Origin: Tubiluchus corallicola
Lineage: Eukaryota > Animalia > Priapulida
Direction of reading: 5' to 3'
DNA: 64,000 nt
Assembly: GCA_030141605.1 (NCBI GenBank)
Contig: JAQGDQ010000113.1
Coordinates: 248,001 to 312,000 of the forward strand
The first letter of the stretch is position 1; the number at the start of each line of letters is the position of its first letter. The translations under genes were made by a program, and so were the position numbers. This document shows positions 1 to 15,100 of the stretch, piece after piece. The notes under the pieces are model-generated. The model had not been told where the DNA came from. It worked only from the letters and a program-made list of their open reading frames with translations, and ran no database searches.

Positions 1-827
1 AACAGAGTTTTTGCAAGGTTCCTGCACATTCCATTTGTAATGTGCCTAATACTTGCACAAGAATTTATACAACGTCCTTATAAGGAAATTGCTCGTTACT
101 GTAATGGTCAATTGTCATCTAATCAGGAATAAACAAGCCTTGACCAGGTGCGCTCAATTGCAAAAGTTTCATTAATTGCAAAAGAATTTCGAATCTTTGA
201 TTTGACTTTTGACGCACGCCCTGTTCACTGCACACCTGTGGGGTGAGAAACTTGCGGAAGTGAAGGTCATCGCTGAAGAATTTGCTCTGTTGTCGTGAGA
301 GTAACAAAGGACTGATTTTTCAAAATCTTGCAAATATCTCAAACAAGAGAATGATATTATAGCAGGCGGGTCAATGTTAAAGATATTATACGAACAACGC
401 AAATAAAATTTATACCTTCCAAAGATTTACATAATAAGAACGTCTGTATTGAATTATTATAAATTAAGTTGCAACGAAAGTGATTTAGATAATTTATGCT
501 TATTGTATCACTTTCAGGTATTTACAACGAACGTAAACAAAAATAATTTTTCCACGTGATATTAGAGGCAGTCAGTACCGCTTTTTCGCAAATTTATGAC
601 ATTAAAATTACACAGGGCGAAATCCCGCAGTATAAGGGCAAGGGTATAAATGTGGTTCAAACGTGACTGGTATAAATCATTACAAGAAATTCAATGTTAA
701 GTCGTAATTTCATAAATCTAGTGGGAACTATTAACTATTTTTTAATTTATGACTATTCTACTGATTCAGCAAAATTTGATAAATCTTAATGAATATAACG
801 AATATGAACATTTACATCTTACTCTCA

Positions 828-1010
<183 letters not shown>

Positions 1011-3576
1011 ACCCTCTACTCCTTCCTTCATTTTTTCTTGTCACTGTTTGATCTACCTTAGATAATTTTTACTTAGCCAGCAAAGAAAACTAAGAACACT
1101 GCTGACCTCAAATAGTCGCTCAGACAGGCACACGTTGGCAGATCTTTGTAATGCTAATAAAACACTGTAATTATCCTATTTGGTAATCGAAAGCTTTCAA
1201 TTTTGAGCAGAAGCGTCAGTTGACATGAGCCTTAATCAAAGGTTTGCACAATACTTATAACACTGCAGTAGCTAAATAAAGAAAATCGTAGCATATCCAA
1301 ATGTCCAAAAATTTACAACGTGACTTGAATTGCTTTATTCATTTGCGAATTAAAAACATGCAAGGTTTGTTAATATGATATTTAAGCACAAACTGAGATT
1401 ACTGCTGAAGACAGCAATAACAATTAATAATCAGGTTGCCACTTTTTATAACTACGTAAATATTTATTCTTATAAAAAACTGATTTTACGAAATTCCCTA
1501 ATTTGAAAAAAGACTGCTACTCTACTGCTACTAACGCAAAAAGTTTGCTATGGTCACTACAAAACACATGGTTAAGTGACAGCTATTTCTGCTGCCACAT
1601 ACTCTTACAGACTTGCCTAATCTTTTAAACAACTGTTACTTGCCCCTGAACCACTATTTCTGGTATTTTGTTGCTAACTGTCCTAAATATCCAAGCCATT
1701 CAAGTCTTCAGGCTGATACTTCCTAGCTTGTAGAGAAATTCATCTTATTACGTCAATTTAGCAATCATTTAAGCTTACGTTGATAGGCTTGCGGGCAACA
1801 ACTGACGCCGTTGCTGTTTTATATTTCACGGTTTTATTTTGGAATCTCAGATCATTATTATCGTTTCTAAATTGCGGCCAACAATATCAGTAAAAAATGA
1901 ACACGCTTTTGCAATCTTTTTCTGAAACGGCGTTTTTATTGTTCATTTTGTAGCCACTAGTAGCTTGTGGCTACAAAATTTAACTACTTCAAGAGTCTGC
2001 TGCGCTTATAAGTGTGAAAAAGATTTTGCCCAGGAGGAGAAAGATTTTAGAGTTTGAGTGAGTGATTGAGTATTAATCTGCTTTTTCCGGGTTTCGTAAT
2101 GTGTTGTGCTTGGTACACGAAGCATCGATTTATTGCCTTTGATAATTTTTAATGACATTTAAGTGTCTTAAATTTCACATTCCTCTGTCTACCAAAGAAC
2201 CGTGAGCACATCCTAAATTAAATGGAGAGGTGCTATTGTTCGGTTGAGTACCTTAGGAATGTTGTTTCAAAATTGATATTAATGGATAAATGTTTACCGA
2301 ACAGTGCGTTATGACAGATGAAAGATAAAAAACATTTTAGGTGTTTACCAGACGTATAGTGAAAACGTCTGCAGTTCGTCACAATGTCCTTGGTAGTTAA
2401 GTAGTGCAGTGTGTTTGCTATCAACTGATTCAGTTTTCAGCTAAACGTAAAATAAACTGTAGTCTACAGACCAATATAGGCTTTATAATGGGCTTGATAT
2501 TATTAATATAATAATATTATTACATACAACATTTTTGTACTGTGTTGTATGTAATTTGTATATATATATATATATATATATGTGGAGAATGTATAAAGTA
2601 AATAAATAAATAAATAACAGGTCAATATCGTATAAACACATGAATTCTATACATTACCTAGGTATAAACAAAATTTTGTCGCTCATTGCATAGTTAATCG
2701 TGACGATAAGCAAATGCTGCTCAATGACATTTTGTGACGTGCTAGCTAAGAGTAAAATAATTATAACGCGACGATTAGTAAGTGTTCATTGCTTAGCTTA
2801 AAACTTCGTGTCAATAATAAGTCCTTATATTTAGCTAAAAACAGTGTGTCGCTAAAGGTGTCGCGAATTATCATTCAAATTTAAGAAAAATTATCTGTAT
2901 ATATTCATTGATACATGACGAAAGATCAGTCATCGTTTCCTACTATTCACTAATTACCTGTTAATTAAATGAAAATAATTAACTTATAAATACTGTAACA
3001 GTCTTCTGATAATAGAAACGAGTACATTTGCGAAATGGTAAGAATCATTAATCTGGAGAAATCAAACGTTCTGACTCATTAAACATCACGAAGAGAAAAA
3101 AATTAATTGTGGTTTATTCGCATAATAAAATGTAAATACATATAATGCAAGATTAATTTAAATATCGTGTTCTGTGAAATATAAATAAGCCAATTAAGCC
3201 TTAATATTTAACCATCTAAAACATGTATTGTTTTTAGAAACTTTGTCCTCAAACAACTCAGGGAAATGAATTACCATATGAATAATGATAAAAGATTTAA
3301 AAACTAAAACTCTAATTAATGATTTGCAAGTGATATGAAACACCTGTACAGACTCTTCCTTAAACAGATTAGCTTGAAAATGAATTACACAAATAAGAGA
3401 CTATGGAAACATGGATTTTTTGAAATTTGCATGATATTAAGGAAAGATATGTGAAACAACTGCAAACTACCGATTAATACAGGGACTAATGAGAAAACCT
3501 CTGAGAACCTTTCACAAATAATTATATTGATTAAAACAATGCTGAATTCTAATAATAATAAAAATTGAAAACTTAC

Positions 3577-3780
3577 ATAGATTTCGTCGTACTGTTTTCC
3601 ATAAAACTGCATGGGCAGCATCAACTTTAGAGGTCCAGCAAATCCGTCGTCTCTTCTCCTGACTAGACCATAATCCTCTTCGTGAAATGGGTAAAAGTCC
3701 GACAATGGTATCGTCGCACAGGCCAAATGAGCAAGCAAAGCTATGACTATTACTTTAATTTCCATCTTTAAATTAACCAT
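3577..3780 (-). CDS. First coding exon of a secreted NIDO-domain protein (nidogen/SNED1/alpha-tectorin-like); rest of gene lies left of the window or was not found
   Basis: MVNLKMEIKVIVIALLAHLACA signal-peptide-like segment, then IPLSDFYPF...RDDGFAGPLKLMLPMQFYGKQYDEIY, matching the FYPF-x-DD-x-FYG-x-YV(NNNG) start of NIDO proteins. Phase-0 GTAAGT donor (acttac at 3571-3576) right after Tyr. Confidence 0.8.
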
Positions 3781-3845
3781 GTAATAATACTTTTACGTTT
3801 TAACGACCGAATCTGGTTAGCTCTGTTGTGGTTGCTGCCTTGCTG

Positions 3846-3854
3846 GTATATAAA
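3846..3854 (-). promoter_or_regulatory. Candidate TATA box for the NIDO-domain gene
   Basis: TTTATATAC on the minus strand about 65-70 nt upstream of the ATG at 3780. Confidence 0.35.
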
Positions 3855-6800
3855 GAGCAAAAGTCCGGGTACAGGTCCTTGTATAACCCCAATATGCAGA
3901 TAAGATAAATCACGTCAGTGTAGCTCAAGTACTTTGCGCACAAACCACAAATAAGATCAAAAGATCGACAGTATCGTGTTTTCAATATAATTCCTGTTTA
4001 TGTCCTCGATAGATACCGACAAATATTGGTTTCTTCAAAATCTGTTTAGCTCGTTATTTGATTTCTGTCAGCTCCGGGTTCAACAAAGTGTTTTGCATTT
4101 AAAGTTAATTTTTTTCGAGTTTCTTCAGCACTGAGCAAAAATTTTTACTTCAGACGATTTGCTGCAAGTAATTTTCCTACCCTCAGTTTCGGCATCCAGT
4201 TTTCCTAACTTCCGGACGAGTTAAAAATATTTTTAAGTCTTATTCCTTAAGACAGTGACTCCTGACCGTTTCTTTTGCGGCGCTCTTTATGCAATGTTAT
4301 GCTGAGGCAAGCAAGATCAACTCTTTATATATCTTCCTAGCCTTGGTCGGAAATTCCTCTCTTCACTAGCTACCGTGCACAGAGGCGTAAAACCACCTCG
4401 GTTAAATGAATTCCTCCTGACAATAAAATGATTAAGCTGACGAGTGGGAACTACTCATGCAGGTACATCACACGTGCACAGGCAGGCTAGACACAGGTAA
4501 GTTATGCGCGTGGGTGGTTGGCTGCGATTTAACTTATAATGTCCATTTAAAGTACGGCAAATCTAAATCTTTATTTCCAGGAAAACTGCCCAGTATGAGT
4601 AAGAGCAAATTTTAATATCGCCATCACTTCACAAGGCAAAACCTGATATAATGTTTGTCTTATAAGCACATAGTTACAGTTATAGTTATAGTTATAGCAC
4701 ATCCGTTTGACTGACCGGTTGACTGACCGACCGACCAACTGCCTGGCTGTAATATAAAGTGTAACACTAAACATGCAAGTCGCTTTAGGTCTTTGTATCT
4801 ATTTAACTCGTGATGTTATCAACACAGTTTGAATTTTTGCGCAATTTTTATCTATGTATGAGTTTTCAATTACGCATTTATTTTTTACTTTATATTAGGT
4901 TACGTAAATACTGAATGAAATGGTTAATTTTAAAGTAGAAAATTTCAACTATGGGTTAACAAATTATGGAAATTCTCGAAACACGTGGATTTTGTTAGCT
5001 ACCTAAAGAACTTGCCAAAATGCTGATTATTTGAAGTGATTCAAATAAAAGTGAAAAAGTACATTTGTGAACGCCGGATTTTCAGGCGCACCTTTGAGTT
5101 GTGCCCAGACTTACACTAGTATCGCAGCAAACCAAAATTAAACATTCAGTTTAGAATAGCTTAGTCCCTCAGATCATTCCAATGAAAACGGCATAAGCAA
5201 ACAGATTAACGCTCCTGTGAATGACACGAAACAAGCGGAATGTCTTTGCCAAAGGTCGATGAAATCATAGCAATTGCATCACGCAAAATTTGAATATTGC
5301 TATGGTGATGTTATATAAACCACAAGTAAGTAAATTTTGATACCAAACTTGAAATACAAGAAATGTGAAAAGTTAGAATGCAACCTGATTTGAACCACGG
5401 GTATTCTGCTTAAATTTCTGGTGCCTTACAGGACTAGATCACTGTATTCACCAAAATTTAATTAATTGTGGCTTTGTAAAAGCACTAATAAGAACCTTGA
5501 CAATAAGATTATAATAATGATTAAGAAATCCCCTGGTATCACTTTTTACTTCACGTGTTTTCTCTCTTTAAGTGCTCTCTGTACAATGTTGATGATTTAA
5601 TAACAAAATGCCCAATTTTCAGCCTCACCAATCTAAGTAACCAACAGCTCATTTAAGCTATAGTTTTTACAGTTTGAATTTTGCTGTGCTTTGTTTAGTT
5701 CACGTCGCGTTTTTCGGGTGAGACATGAGGCGGTTAAACGTGGTTTATTAGCATCACGTGAAAAGTTTTGTATTACTGCTTACACTATAATTACATGGAC
5801 TAAAACAGCTTTTTGTATTCATTTCTTTTTAAAATCAGCCAAAAAGAAATACAATCAACATTTTTCTCAAATTAACTGGCAACTTACGATATCATTAATT
5901 AATTTGATTATGACTGTAATTGCTTCTCCAGTTCAAATTCCGACTAGTCCACATTTTTTCAGCGTCTCCTTTGTTTCTTCATCTCCTTACCCACAGTGGT
6001 TAAAATTTATTAAAATAAACGGCAATGGTGTATAAACATTCTGGCAATTACAGTCATAATCTAATTAATTAAAGAAATACGATCGATTGCTCATCTTTTG
6101 TATTGGCTTCTTATTAGGAATAGGTATGACCCTTTCAGCCAGCCGTCAATCTGCAAATTAAAACTTAATAAAATAGCAACGCAAACAAACACTTGAGTAA
6201 CAAGACATCCCACTCTGGATGTAGTAGTCCAAAATGCTTGTAGACCAAAAAGCTCTTCAAAACAAAAAACAAGTCTCAGTCTAAAGTGGACTTTAACCAT
6301 GTAACGATGTTTCCTTAAAATTCTTGTACTTTTAGTCGATCTGTTTTTTTAATTATATGTCTTATTACGTTTGTAGTTTTTGTATTTGTATTTTATTATG
6401 TACGTACTACACATTTTTAATTATCAAAAATGTTTTTTCACTCAAGGAACTAGTTTTTTATCGTTTAGCTATCTCTCTTTTAATCTTATAACTGAACTTT
6501 TTCATATGCTTCTGTTTTAATTAAGTATTCCTTAGGCTACAGTGATTTAATGTATTTTAATTAAGTAATGTCGTTATTCGGGATCTTTGGGTTTATGTAT
6601 TTATGTCACAAAACAGTCTTTACAGACTAATGTTTTTTGTAGTCAAAACTGACGTTAAATAAAGCAAACAGTAACTGTAACTGTAAGTGGACCACGCTCA
6701 CCAGCTTAGTTAGCAGACTGAGTACTGAGCATGCAGACAGTACATTTGAATTTTAAGCTAATGCATGCTAGTTAACCACAAAAAGTCTCTTATTGTAACT

Positions 6801-9800
6801 GACCGTAACTAATAGGCATATAAATTAAAAGTTGTTTGTTGTTAAGAAAAATGCAACTAGTAAAAATCAGACAAATATTTGTGACCCAAGGTCGAACTTT
6901 TTCTCAAAGATATCTAAGCTACGTGATTTATAGGTTATAACTTTGACCGTTGTGCTCTTTAGTTTATATCATGCTGTGACGTTTAATTTTTAGTGCATAT
7001 CACGCTGTGATGATGCGTGTCAAGTTATTTTTCTGGCTGTAAGATTACTTGAACATGAACTTTTGCTAGCGATACAAAATGAGTGTTTTCTTAATGACAT
7101 TAAAAGCAAGAGGAATCCTGATATTTAGGGCAAAATCATTATCAAATAACAAAATTTCAGGATTATCAAAAGCTTCTACAGAGAAAAAAAAGAAAAAAAA
7201 CAAATTATGTAAGTATGTTATAATAAAAATACAGCAAATTGGGTATTACTTTTTATAAAGTTAACTGGTATAACTGTATACCAAAGGTTGATGATTGAAA
7301 AAATAAAATACGTTTATATAAAAAAGCGTTATACTACTAGGTGAGCTTTTGCCTATTTACAGGAGTCAGGATAAAACTGCTTGAGGTGGGTTGGCAAAGT
7401 GTAAATAAAAATTCTGTCTTTGTACATGTTAATCATTTCTAATTATCATGTTTAGTCAGAAGAGATGTCACATTAATAAATAAACTGACCTTCGTGTAAT
7501 ATTATATTAGTGTTGTTAATAAATGCAGCGTGTGAATAATGATTTCATTGGCCCTTAGAATATGATAATTTTATAGCATATTAAATACCTTTTGTGCTTT
7601 TTCGGCATGTTGAGTGACATTATACCCTTATAATTTTGATCATTTTTCGTCATGGAATGCATTTCGCAACTCCGTAATTAGATGGACACCAGCGCCTGCA
7701 TCTCGGAAACGCGTTGCTCAAAAAACTGGTGCTGTACCTCTCATTTCAAAGGTGCTCAGTTGTGACGTTGTCCACACGTTCGTGAATTCATGCTTAAGCA
7801 TACTAAACTTAAAATTTGCCCAAGTCTTGTATATCATACCAAGTGTTTTACAGTTACAATGCACTTCAATTTTCATTTTCGCAAACACGTGCAATACGCT
7901 CGTAGAATGTTTGTGTTATTGAAAATTATGTTCAGTTGTGACGCCATCATTAGCTGGGCTCTCCAGCCTTTAATTAAGTGTTAACATATTACGTAATTAT
8001 CAAAATCGCTTTGGTATCATTATAGCTACTTTAAAATGGGGTGTGTTATGCAAAATCGTTTGAGCAAGTTCACACAATCATTCTGGTACCTTAATTAGAT
8101 ATTCACAAAACGAAGAGTTTGTGCTCAAGTTAATCTCTCGTAAAAGAGTAATGTTTTACTTAGTTTACTTTGTAAATGACTCCTTTCAAATTCCTAGTGA
8201 AATTACTTACACCAAAAAGCTAAGCTGTTCCAATTACGTAATTTTTTAGAATTAGTTTTTGAAATGTAAAACCAAATGTGCAACCAAGGATGTCATTTTC
8301 TTTAACTTAGAGTTATAGTGAAATTGTGATGTACAAGACGTTTTTTGGAGTACAGTCATCTTCTTACTATGTGTGAAAGATAATATATACGAAAACTTGG
8401 AGGGTAAGATGAATAGGTGGATAAACACGTCTGCCTCACAACGACGGTTCCACTTTCCCAGCTGCAGGTATAGAAAGTAAAAGTGAAACTATGTAAAGAA
8501 CGCTCATTTCCGTTACTACTATGCCAGCAGGTACAAACTGTGAAAAGTTGTTTACGTGTGCATGTGAGTCACAAGTAGCAATAAATAATCATAGGTGTGA
8601 TAATAGTGGCGTGAAATTTTGAGTCACCTTAATTTTTTGCATTTTTAAGGTGCCAAAGATATTTTTCGAATTCTCCTTAAGCACGTTGGTTTTTTTTTGT
8701 CGAAAGATATCCAGTATCAGTTTAATCTGTCCCTTGACCGTTTCCAGGTGACATGATTCTGGCAGCCAGTCAGTGAGTTAGTTAATTTATCACTAATTTT
8801 GCATTTTGTAACGTAAATTGTGGTTTATAATAAAAAATTAAATTAAAAAAAATCAGTCATTCAATCGAGAAGTGTATTTGTTTTCAGTCAGTCATTAATC
8901 GGACGGTTCGCCAATCGGCCTGTCATTTAAACTCATTCAGTAAGTCAGCAAAATAATTATTCCCTCAGCAAGCTAGCCAGTCGATCGGTCGGTCGGCTGG
9001 TCGGTCGGTCAGTCAGTGACTCAGTCAGTCAGTCAGCCAAAACGCTAGTCACTCAGTCAGTTACCAATACCTACTCATCGCCAAAAAGTGCTATATTAGT
9101 GGCAATTTTATAAGCGAGAAAAATAGGTTTCAAAACAAGCTAGAAGCCTAATGTAGTTCTTCAATGTTAATCAATGGCAAGCTACTTTGGAGGCCTATAC
9201 AAAGTTTTAAGTAGCTTCTCAGTTACCATTCCATTTCTTATTCTAATTCAATAGAGAAACAAATTCGTAAATAAATTATTCCTTCATTCATTTCCAAATT
9301 TAAATTACACGCACCAAAATTAATATACAATCTACCAAGTCAGCAAGCAGCAGATAATTGGTATTACGCCTTTATTCTGTTGATAAAGGCCAGCAACCGG
9401 CTGAACAATTATTGATAATCACACGCTAATTTTTTCTATGGCAATTAATGTCAGCTCAATAATAAAGTAATCTTTTTCTGCACCTTATCATAAGCGTGCA
9501 GTATAACCTAAACTAGTATAAACTAATCAGCCTTTTCAAGCGCATATCTTAGAGAAAACTTCAGCATATAAATTGCTTCATTCTTTTTAACAAAGCCACT
9601 TTTGTAAGGAAACTTCACAATGATGTTAAAACGCAAAGGACAAGGCGGAGGGGTCACTACGTAAAACAAAACAGATTAGCTGCTACGTTTGTGCATGTTA
9701 GTTTTATTATTATTATAACATCCCGATTATTGTGACAAAATATTTTCAAAGTCACTTTGGCGTTTGGTTAAAGAAGCACTATAAACAATTTGGAGGTGAA

Positions 9801-11715
9801 CTGGATAAGAAAGACAGTATTTTAGAAGTGGTAATAAGTTTCCATAAGGTTGTTAAGTTGCTGTCTAAGTACGATTATCTGAACATTAATAATTATTTAA
9901 TTAGCCGAATTCGTTTCAACATAGTGACCAAGTCACTCGGGTATTACCTCATTAATACCATTCTGAATATTCGTAATGAAAAAACTGAAATTTAATTTAA
10001 CATTTTATTATGTTCTCAAACAATTTATTACTAAAACTTTAACGCCTGTCACTAAAAATACCCTTTTATCCCTATTCGTTAGTGACTAAATCGTTAGAAA
10101 TTGCAAATATCTGACAGTAATGACTGAAAGTATCATCGCAGGATGGCCTTTGCGTAATTAATACTCAATTTTATTCAAATCAGAATATTTTTACGCTTAA
10201 TTTACTTATGTTATGTGTCACTGGCATGAAAAATGTCGTGTAATCAATTAAAATTTTTGAAAATTTAGCAAGGTTATATCATTTTCGTTTATTACTTTTT
10301 CAAGACCTTTGCCAAATCGTCAAACATTCATATATAAAACATCTGTTTTCTAGTACTTAATTACAAAACCGTGACAGATAGTCTAATTTAGTTCCATGGC
10401 AAATGTAAATTTATGAGTATGAAATTTCACTTTATTGCATAATTTTAACAACAATATAATGCTGGAAAGGTATTACGCAACGTGTATATAAATGCTTAGG
10501 GTGGGAAGATTCCATGACGATAATCTTTAGATCTTTAGAATTTTATTTTCGCTTCACGACACATAAACAAATAAAATAATCTTTGATAATAGACATATAA
10601 ACAAGTGCTGACAAATTATAAACAAGAATACTGTAGATAAAATAAAAATGCTACTTAAACACAACAACACCACCACATTATAAGCATTAATTTTTACCGA
10701 AAATCTATGCGCTTTAAAGTGATCCTTAAAATGCGTTTGCTAAGAATCACTTTAAAGTGTATAATACGGCTTTATTCTTTTCTTGTGCCATTTAGGCCTA
10801 CAGTACGATACTAGATACTTTCGATATTTTATGAACTTCGATTATTAACTCGTTCTTTAATGAAGCGTGCAAAGTTTTATTATTGGGAAGTTGGATACCG
10901 GGCACACAGTTGTAAACAGTTAGAGCAGTTATAAATATCGAAAAAAGTAAGCGGTATTGAGCAATCACACATTCAAACAACTTGGTCTATTAAGTTGCAC
11001 TTAAGACATTTTGTATTGAAAATATCTGCAAAATACGTGTTATCCTACATAAACAGTATTTTAAGTAAGTTCGGAAGGCATTTTTAAGAACAATGTTACA
11101 AGATTCTGTTCGAAAGCATTTTTCCGAGAGAATACAAAAGATAATTTAGAATACAAAAAATGGCAGGTTGTAATGTTATAGAGCCTAAGCATTCATTGGT
11201 GCGTTCAGCAATTATTTATTACATACGAAAGATTAAATCAGAATCACATAAACTGTGAAAATCCTTGTAGAGAAATAAAAATGGCTATTGTAATGCTCTA
11301 TTATAAAGCTTTCTTATCGTACCGCTGGCTGTGTGGAATGTATGACTGGCACCATTTGCTTTTTCAATTAAAAAAGCATAGAGAAGGCACCGACGAGCAC
11401 TGGTCATATAAATAACTCACAGGCTTTGTCGCTTCAATCTCTTAGGTTGCTGACTTTTGATCCTTGGAAGTTTAAGCCTACCGTGCGGGAGTAAGTCAGA
11501 GACATTGTCTGCGATTTAATCACATAATGAGATTTCATAACCAGATAAAAAACAGCCCAATGTGGCGTAAGTGAATCAACGCGTAACCCCAACTTTAAGT
11601 TTTCAACGCCGTTTGTGGGAAGATCTTTTTGCGGGACATTATTTTGATAACCATTGCACACAATTTTGCTAGTTATATACTATAATTTAATTTTATATTT
11701 AGGGCGCCCGATCGG

Positions 11716-12095
11716 CAGGGCCGGGTTATGTGGCCCCGAAACTAAAGAAATTAGCTGGCCCCCTCAGACGGAGCCACCTCACTTGCTCGCACTCGTCTCG
11801 AATATTCTTATTTGTGATATATTTCAGCAAGATTTGCATAACTGTGGCCCCGTATTTCAAATAAAGGGCTTCAAAGTGTGGCCCTTATCTCAAATAAAAG
11901 GCGACAAACAGAGAGCCTTTATGCAAATGAAGAGCCACTTTAATGATGGATTTTCAAACTTCCTGGCCGCCTTTCTTCTAAAGTTGAAATTTTATTTTAA
12001 GTTATATGAATTATTCAGCAATGCTAAGTATGCCCCCCGAACTTGAGAAGCCCTAGGCTGCAGCTTATACTAGCCTATAGGGTATTCCAGCCCTG
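11716..12095. mobile_element. hAT-type non-autonomous DNA transposon (MITE)
   Basis: Terminal inverted repeats CAGGGCCGG / CCAGCCCTG; 8-bp flanking direct repeat CCGATCGG (11708-11715) / CCAATCGG (12096-12103) with one mismatch; no coding capacity. Confidence 0.8.
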
Positions 12096-12500
12096 CCAAT
12101 CGGATCCGTTCCTATGGGACCCCAATAAAAATTTCGACGTGGGTTCGTGCAGTTTTCACAATTATTTTTAGTGAAATATCACAGACAGTAAAAGCGCGGC
12201 CTGCTATACAGATGCAGAGGTTTTAAACGCTATGTTTGACTCAGACATATCTCTTGCCGACATATGTCATTAAATATTCGAAAAAAACAATTGTGAAATT
12301 TGATAAATGTTACATTTAGTGGTATACCAGCCAGTAAAATACGTATTCTGTGTCAACAATAACGTCAAACATATTTTTTTAATTTGCAATAAGAACGATG
12401 TGTAGCAAACAGAAGGCTAAAAATAAAATATTTACGTACGTTGCTTTTCCTAATTTAGTTTTGCGTTTATGATTTGAACTATATCATATTCATTAATGCT

Positions 12501-12626
12501 CGGAAGCAGTGTTGACAAGCCACTACAATAGCTGTGCCTAGTTTTTTCTTGGATTAACTTCTGTGTTTACTTGTCTTGAGGGGTTTCTGACAATTATTTT
12601 ATTTTAGAATTCTGCCAGCCCAATGT
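12501..12626 (+). repeat. Dispersed repeat, left arm of an inverted pair with 14814-14932
   Basis: cggaagcagtgttgacaagccact...ttttattttagaattctgccagcccaatgt matches the reverse complement of 14814-14932. Confidence 0.8.
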
Positions 12627-12914
12627 CTGCAATAGATGTAATGGGTATATGATGCTGATGATGTTCATTCAGTTTTCTTTGCTTGGAACTTTGAATATAT
12701 AATGTGGAATTTGGATCAAATCTTTGAAAAAACAAATTTCGTTCACAGTAACAGTAATATTTCATTCGCTGGTCCAATTTTCAAATTGGGGTCTAATACA
12801 TAGATGCAAGTCGCGTTTAACCCCGCCCAACTTGATGAAGTAACACATGTTCTCACAAACTCCCTCGCTGCAAGTGCTTCCAAAATATAAATAAACTAAA
12901 AAAAACACGGAAAA

Positions 12915-13240
12915 AATTGCTACTAGTAAGTTTAGGACAGGTAAATTTGGTCCTAGAAATTTTGGTATGAGGAAATTTTGATACAGGGAAAAATTGTTGC
13001 TAGGAATTTTTGGTACATCAAAATTTTAGCACTGGGAAAATTATTGGGTACAGAGAGAATGTGGTGCCGGTAAAATTTAATACAGCATTGGCGAAATTTT
13101 GTCAAGCAGTACGTAGTAGTACAAGGTGAAAATGGTACAGAATACGTTTGGTATTAGGAAAAATTAGTACTAGAAAAGTTTAATTGGTACTAGGAAAATA
13201 TGGTGCAGAGAAAATATGGTACAAGCAAAGTTTGGCACTA
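12915..13240. repeat. Degenerate ~16-nt minisatellite (consensus roughly AAAATTTGGTACAGG)
   Basis: Recurrent ttggtac/ggaaaa units. Confidence 0.7.
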
Positions 13241-13758
13241 TGAAAACACCTTTTTTATAAAGCCTCTAAATGATTACACGTCTAAGATCATACTAGACAT
13301 TACAAATGATCGTCTAAAAAACTTATATAAACAACAAGGGTTTAAACAACATAAGTTAATTACACCAGATAAACTGTGAATAATAATTAAGAGGTCTACC
13401 ACAGACTGGATCTTCAACCTTAACATACGTTAATGCAATAGCAGCGTTTGGCAATCTCTTGTAACAGCATAAAATCTTTAATTAAAAAATGGGAAACTAA
13501 TTATCTTGGGAAAGACAGCATTTTTATTAATTCGCACGTTTCAGCTCATGTTATCTACCTAGCAGAGAGAGATTTTTTCAGTGCCGGGTTTGTTTGAGTT
13601 TTTGTTTGGAAAAACTGATAAATCTGACTATTTCTAATCTTTCCAGGCACTATACGTCTACATACCTATTACTCAAGGTTTCTGTTTCACCACTATAATG
13701 TCTCTGTACTACTGCTAGACAAATTTTAATTGCAGCAATCTTGAATGGCCTAAGAAAT

Positions 13759-13910
<152 letters not shown>

Positions 13911-14813
13911 AGTTATTATAATAATACACACTTGACCTTAACTCTTGCAGTATATTTCAATGTATTTTCTACCTGTGTTTGTGAGCCGCTTTTGTTGGGC
14001 AACTCAGGCGAAGGAGAGGGAAGACAAAAGGAGAGCTAACTGGCCGTCGTGAGGTCGTACCCCCGCTGATTAATTGATGTTTTGGGATCTGTGTATTAGA
14101 ACTCAGTCAGAAGTATTTGTATGTAAACTATGGTGGTTAGACGAGGGTTAATGACTTTGTTTACTTCAGTTTACCATACTGGTAGATAATGATGTGAACT
14201 TATTTTGCCTCTGTGTTAGTTCCAATAAAAACTGAAAATTTTGCTGAGCTGCAAGAGGCCGAGTGTGCACGTTAACAACGTCTGCATTTTTCAAGTTTTT
14301 ATCTGGATCATCAAGTTGTTATTCAGTTTGCAAAGAACTTAACATAGTATTGCGAAGTTAAAAAATATCTGAAAGAAATTTACACATGCATATTTCTATT
14401 TACACATACAACACACATACAGGAAAGTTCACCATTTAAGGTCGCTAAAATAAAAGTTGCTAGTGCAAGTTTTGCTGAGGAATGCTGGATTTACGGCTTA
14501 AAAAATTAATTCAAAGTACTCTAATTAAATAACTATGGAAGTTTTTTGCTGAATCAACCAAAGTGGTTTATTTATGATATTGCAGCAATGATCAGGCTGA
14601 AATAACAACAACAAAATAATTACATATAATACTGCCATACCGCATAGAGCGCAAGTACAAATATAAATGTTTCGAATTATACTAATTTAAGAATTGTTCC
14701 TATAATCACAAAAGTAAAACTGCAAATAATATACCGTTCTAAATGTGAAACATCTGCTTGACACTGCATGGAGTTCTTATTGTTAAATGTGTTAAACCAT
14801 CATTCATCATCAT

Positions 14814-14932
14814 ACATTGGGCAGGCAGAATTCTAAAATAAAAGAAATCTGCCTTTAGACAGGTAAACGCAGCAGTAATCCAGCAAAAAAACTAGACACT
14901 GCTACGCCAGTGGCTTGTCAGCACCACTTCCG
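14814..14932 (-). repeat. Dispersed repeat, right arm of an inverted pair with 12501-12626
   Basis: Reverse complement aligns to 12501-12626 by eye. Confidence 0.8.
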
Positions 14933-15100
14933 TTAAAAATGTGTTAAAAATTGCCTCCTGGCAAACAGCAATACGGGTACTCTTCATATGCTGAAATTTT
15001 CGAGATCCTCTACTAATCTAATCCAGCTGAGATTACAATTGAAGTTTGTTGTATGATTTAAGTTTAATAGATCGTATCGTGAGAGAAAAAACTAGAGAGG

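Noticed and set aside
1-420. Slightly GC-richer stretch with short ORFs
   Set aside because: Stops in the frames examined and no recognisable motif; not the missing NIDO exon.
1945-1979. Perfect 13-bp hairpin attttgtagccac/gtggctacaaaat
   Set aside because: Too short for a pre-miRNA and has no supporting context.
6091-6300. Minus-strand ORF whose start context (ttaaccatgtaa) resembles the NIDO exon start
   Set aside because: No protein similarity to the NIDO exon and no convincing donor.
12915-13240. Repeat-spacer-like pattern (CRISPR)
   Set aside because: Degenerate short minisatellite without unique spacers or cas genes, in eukaryotic DNA.
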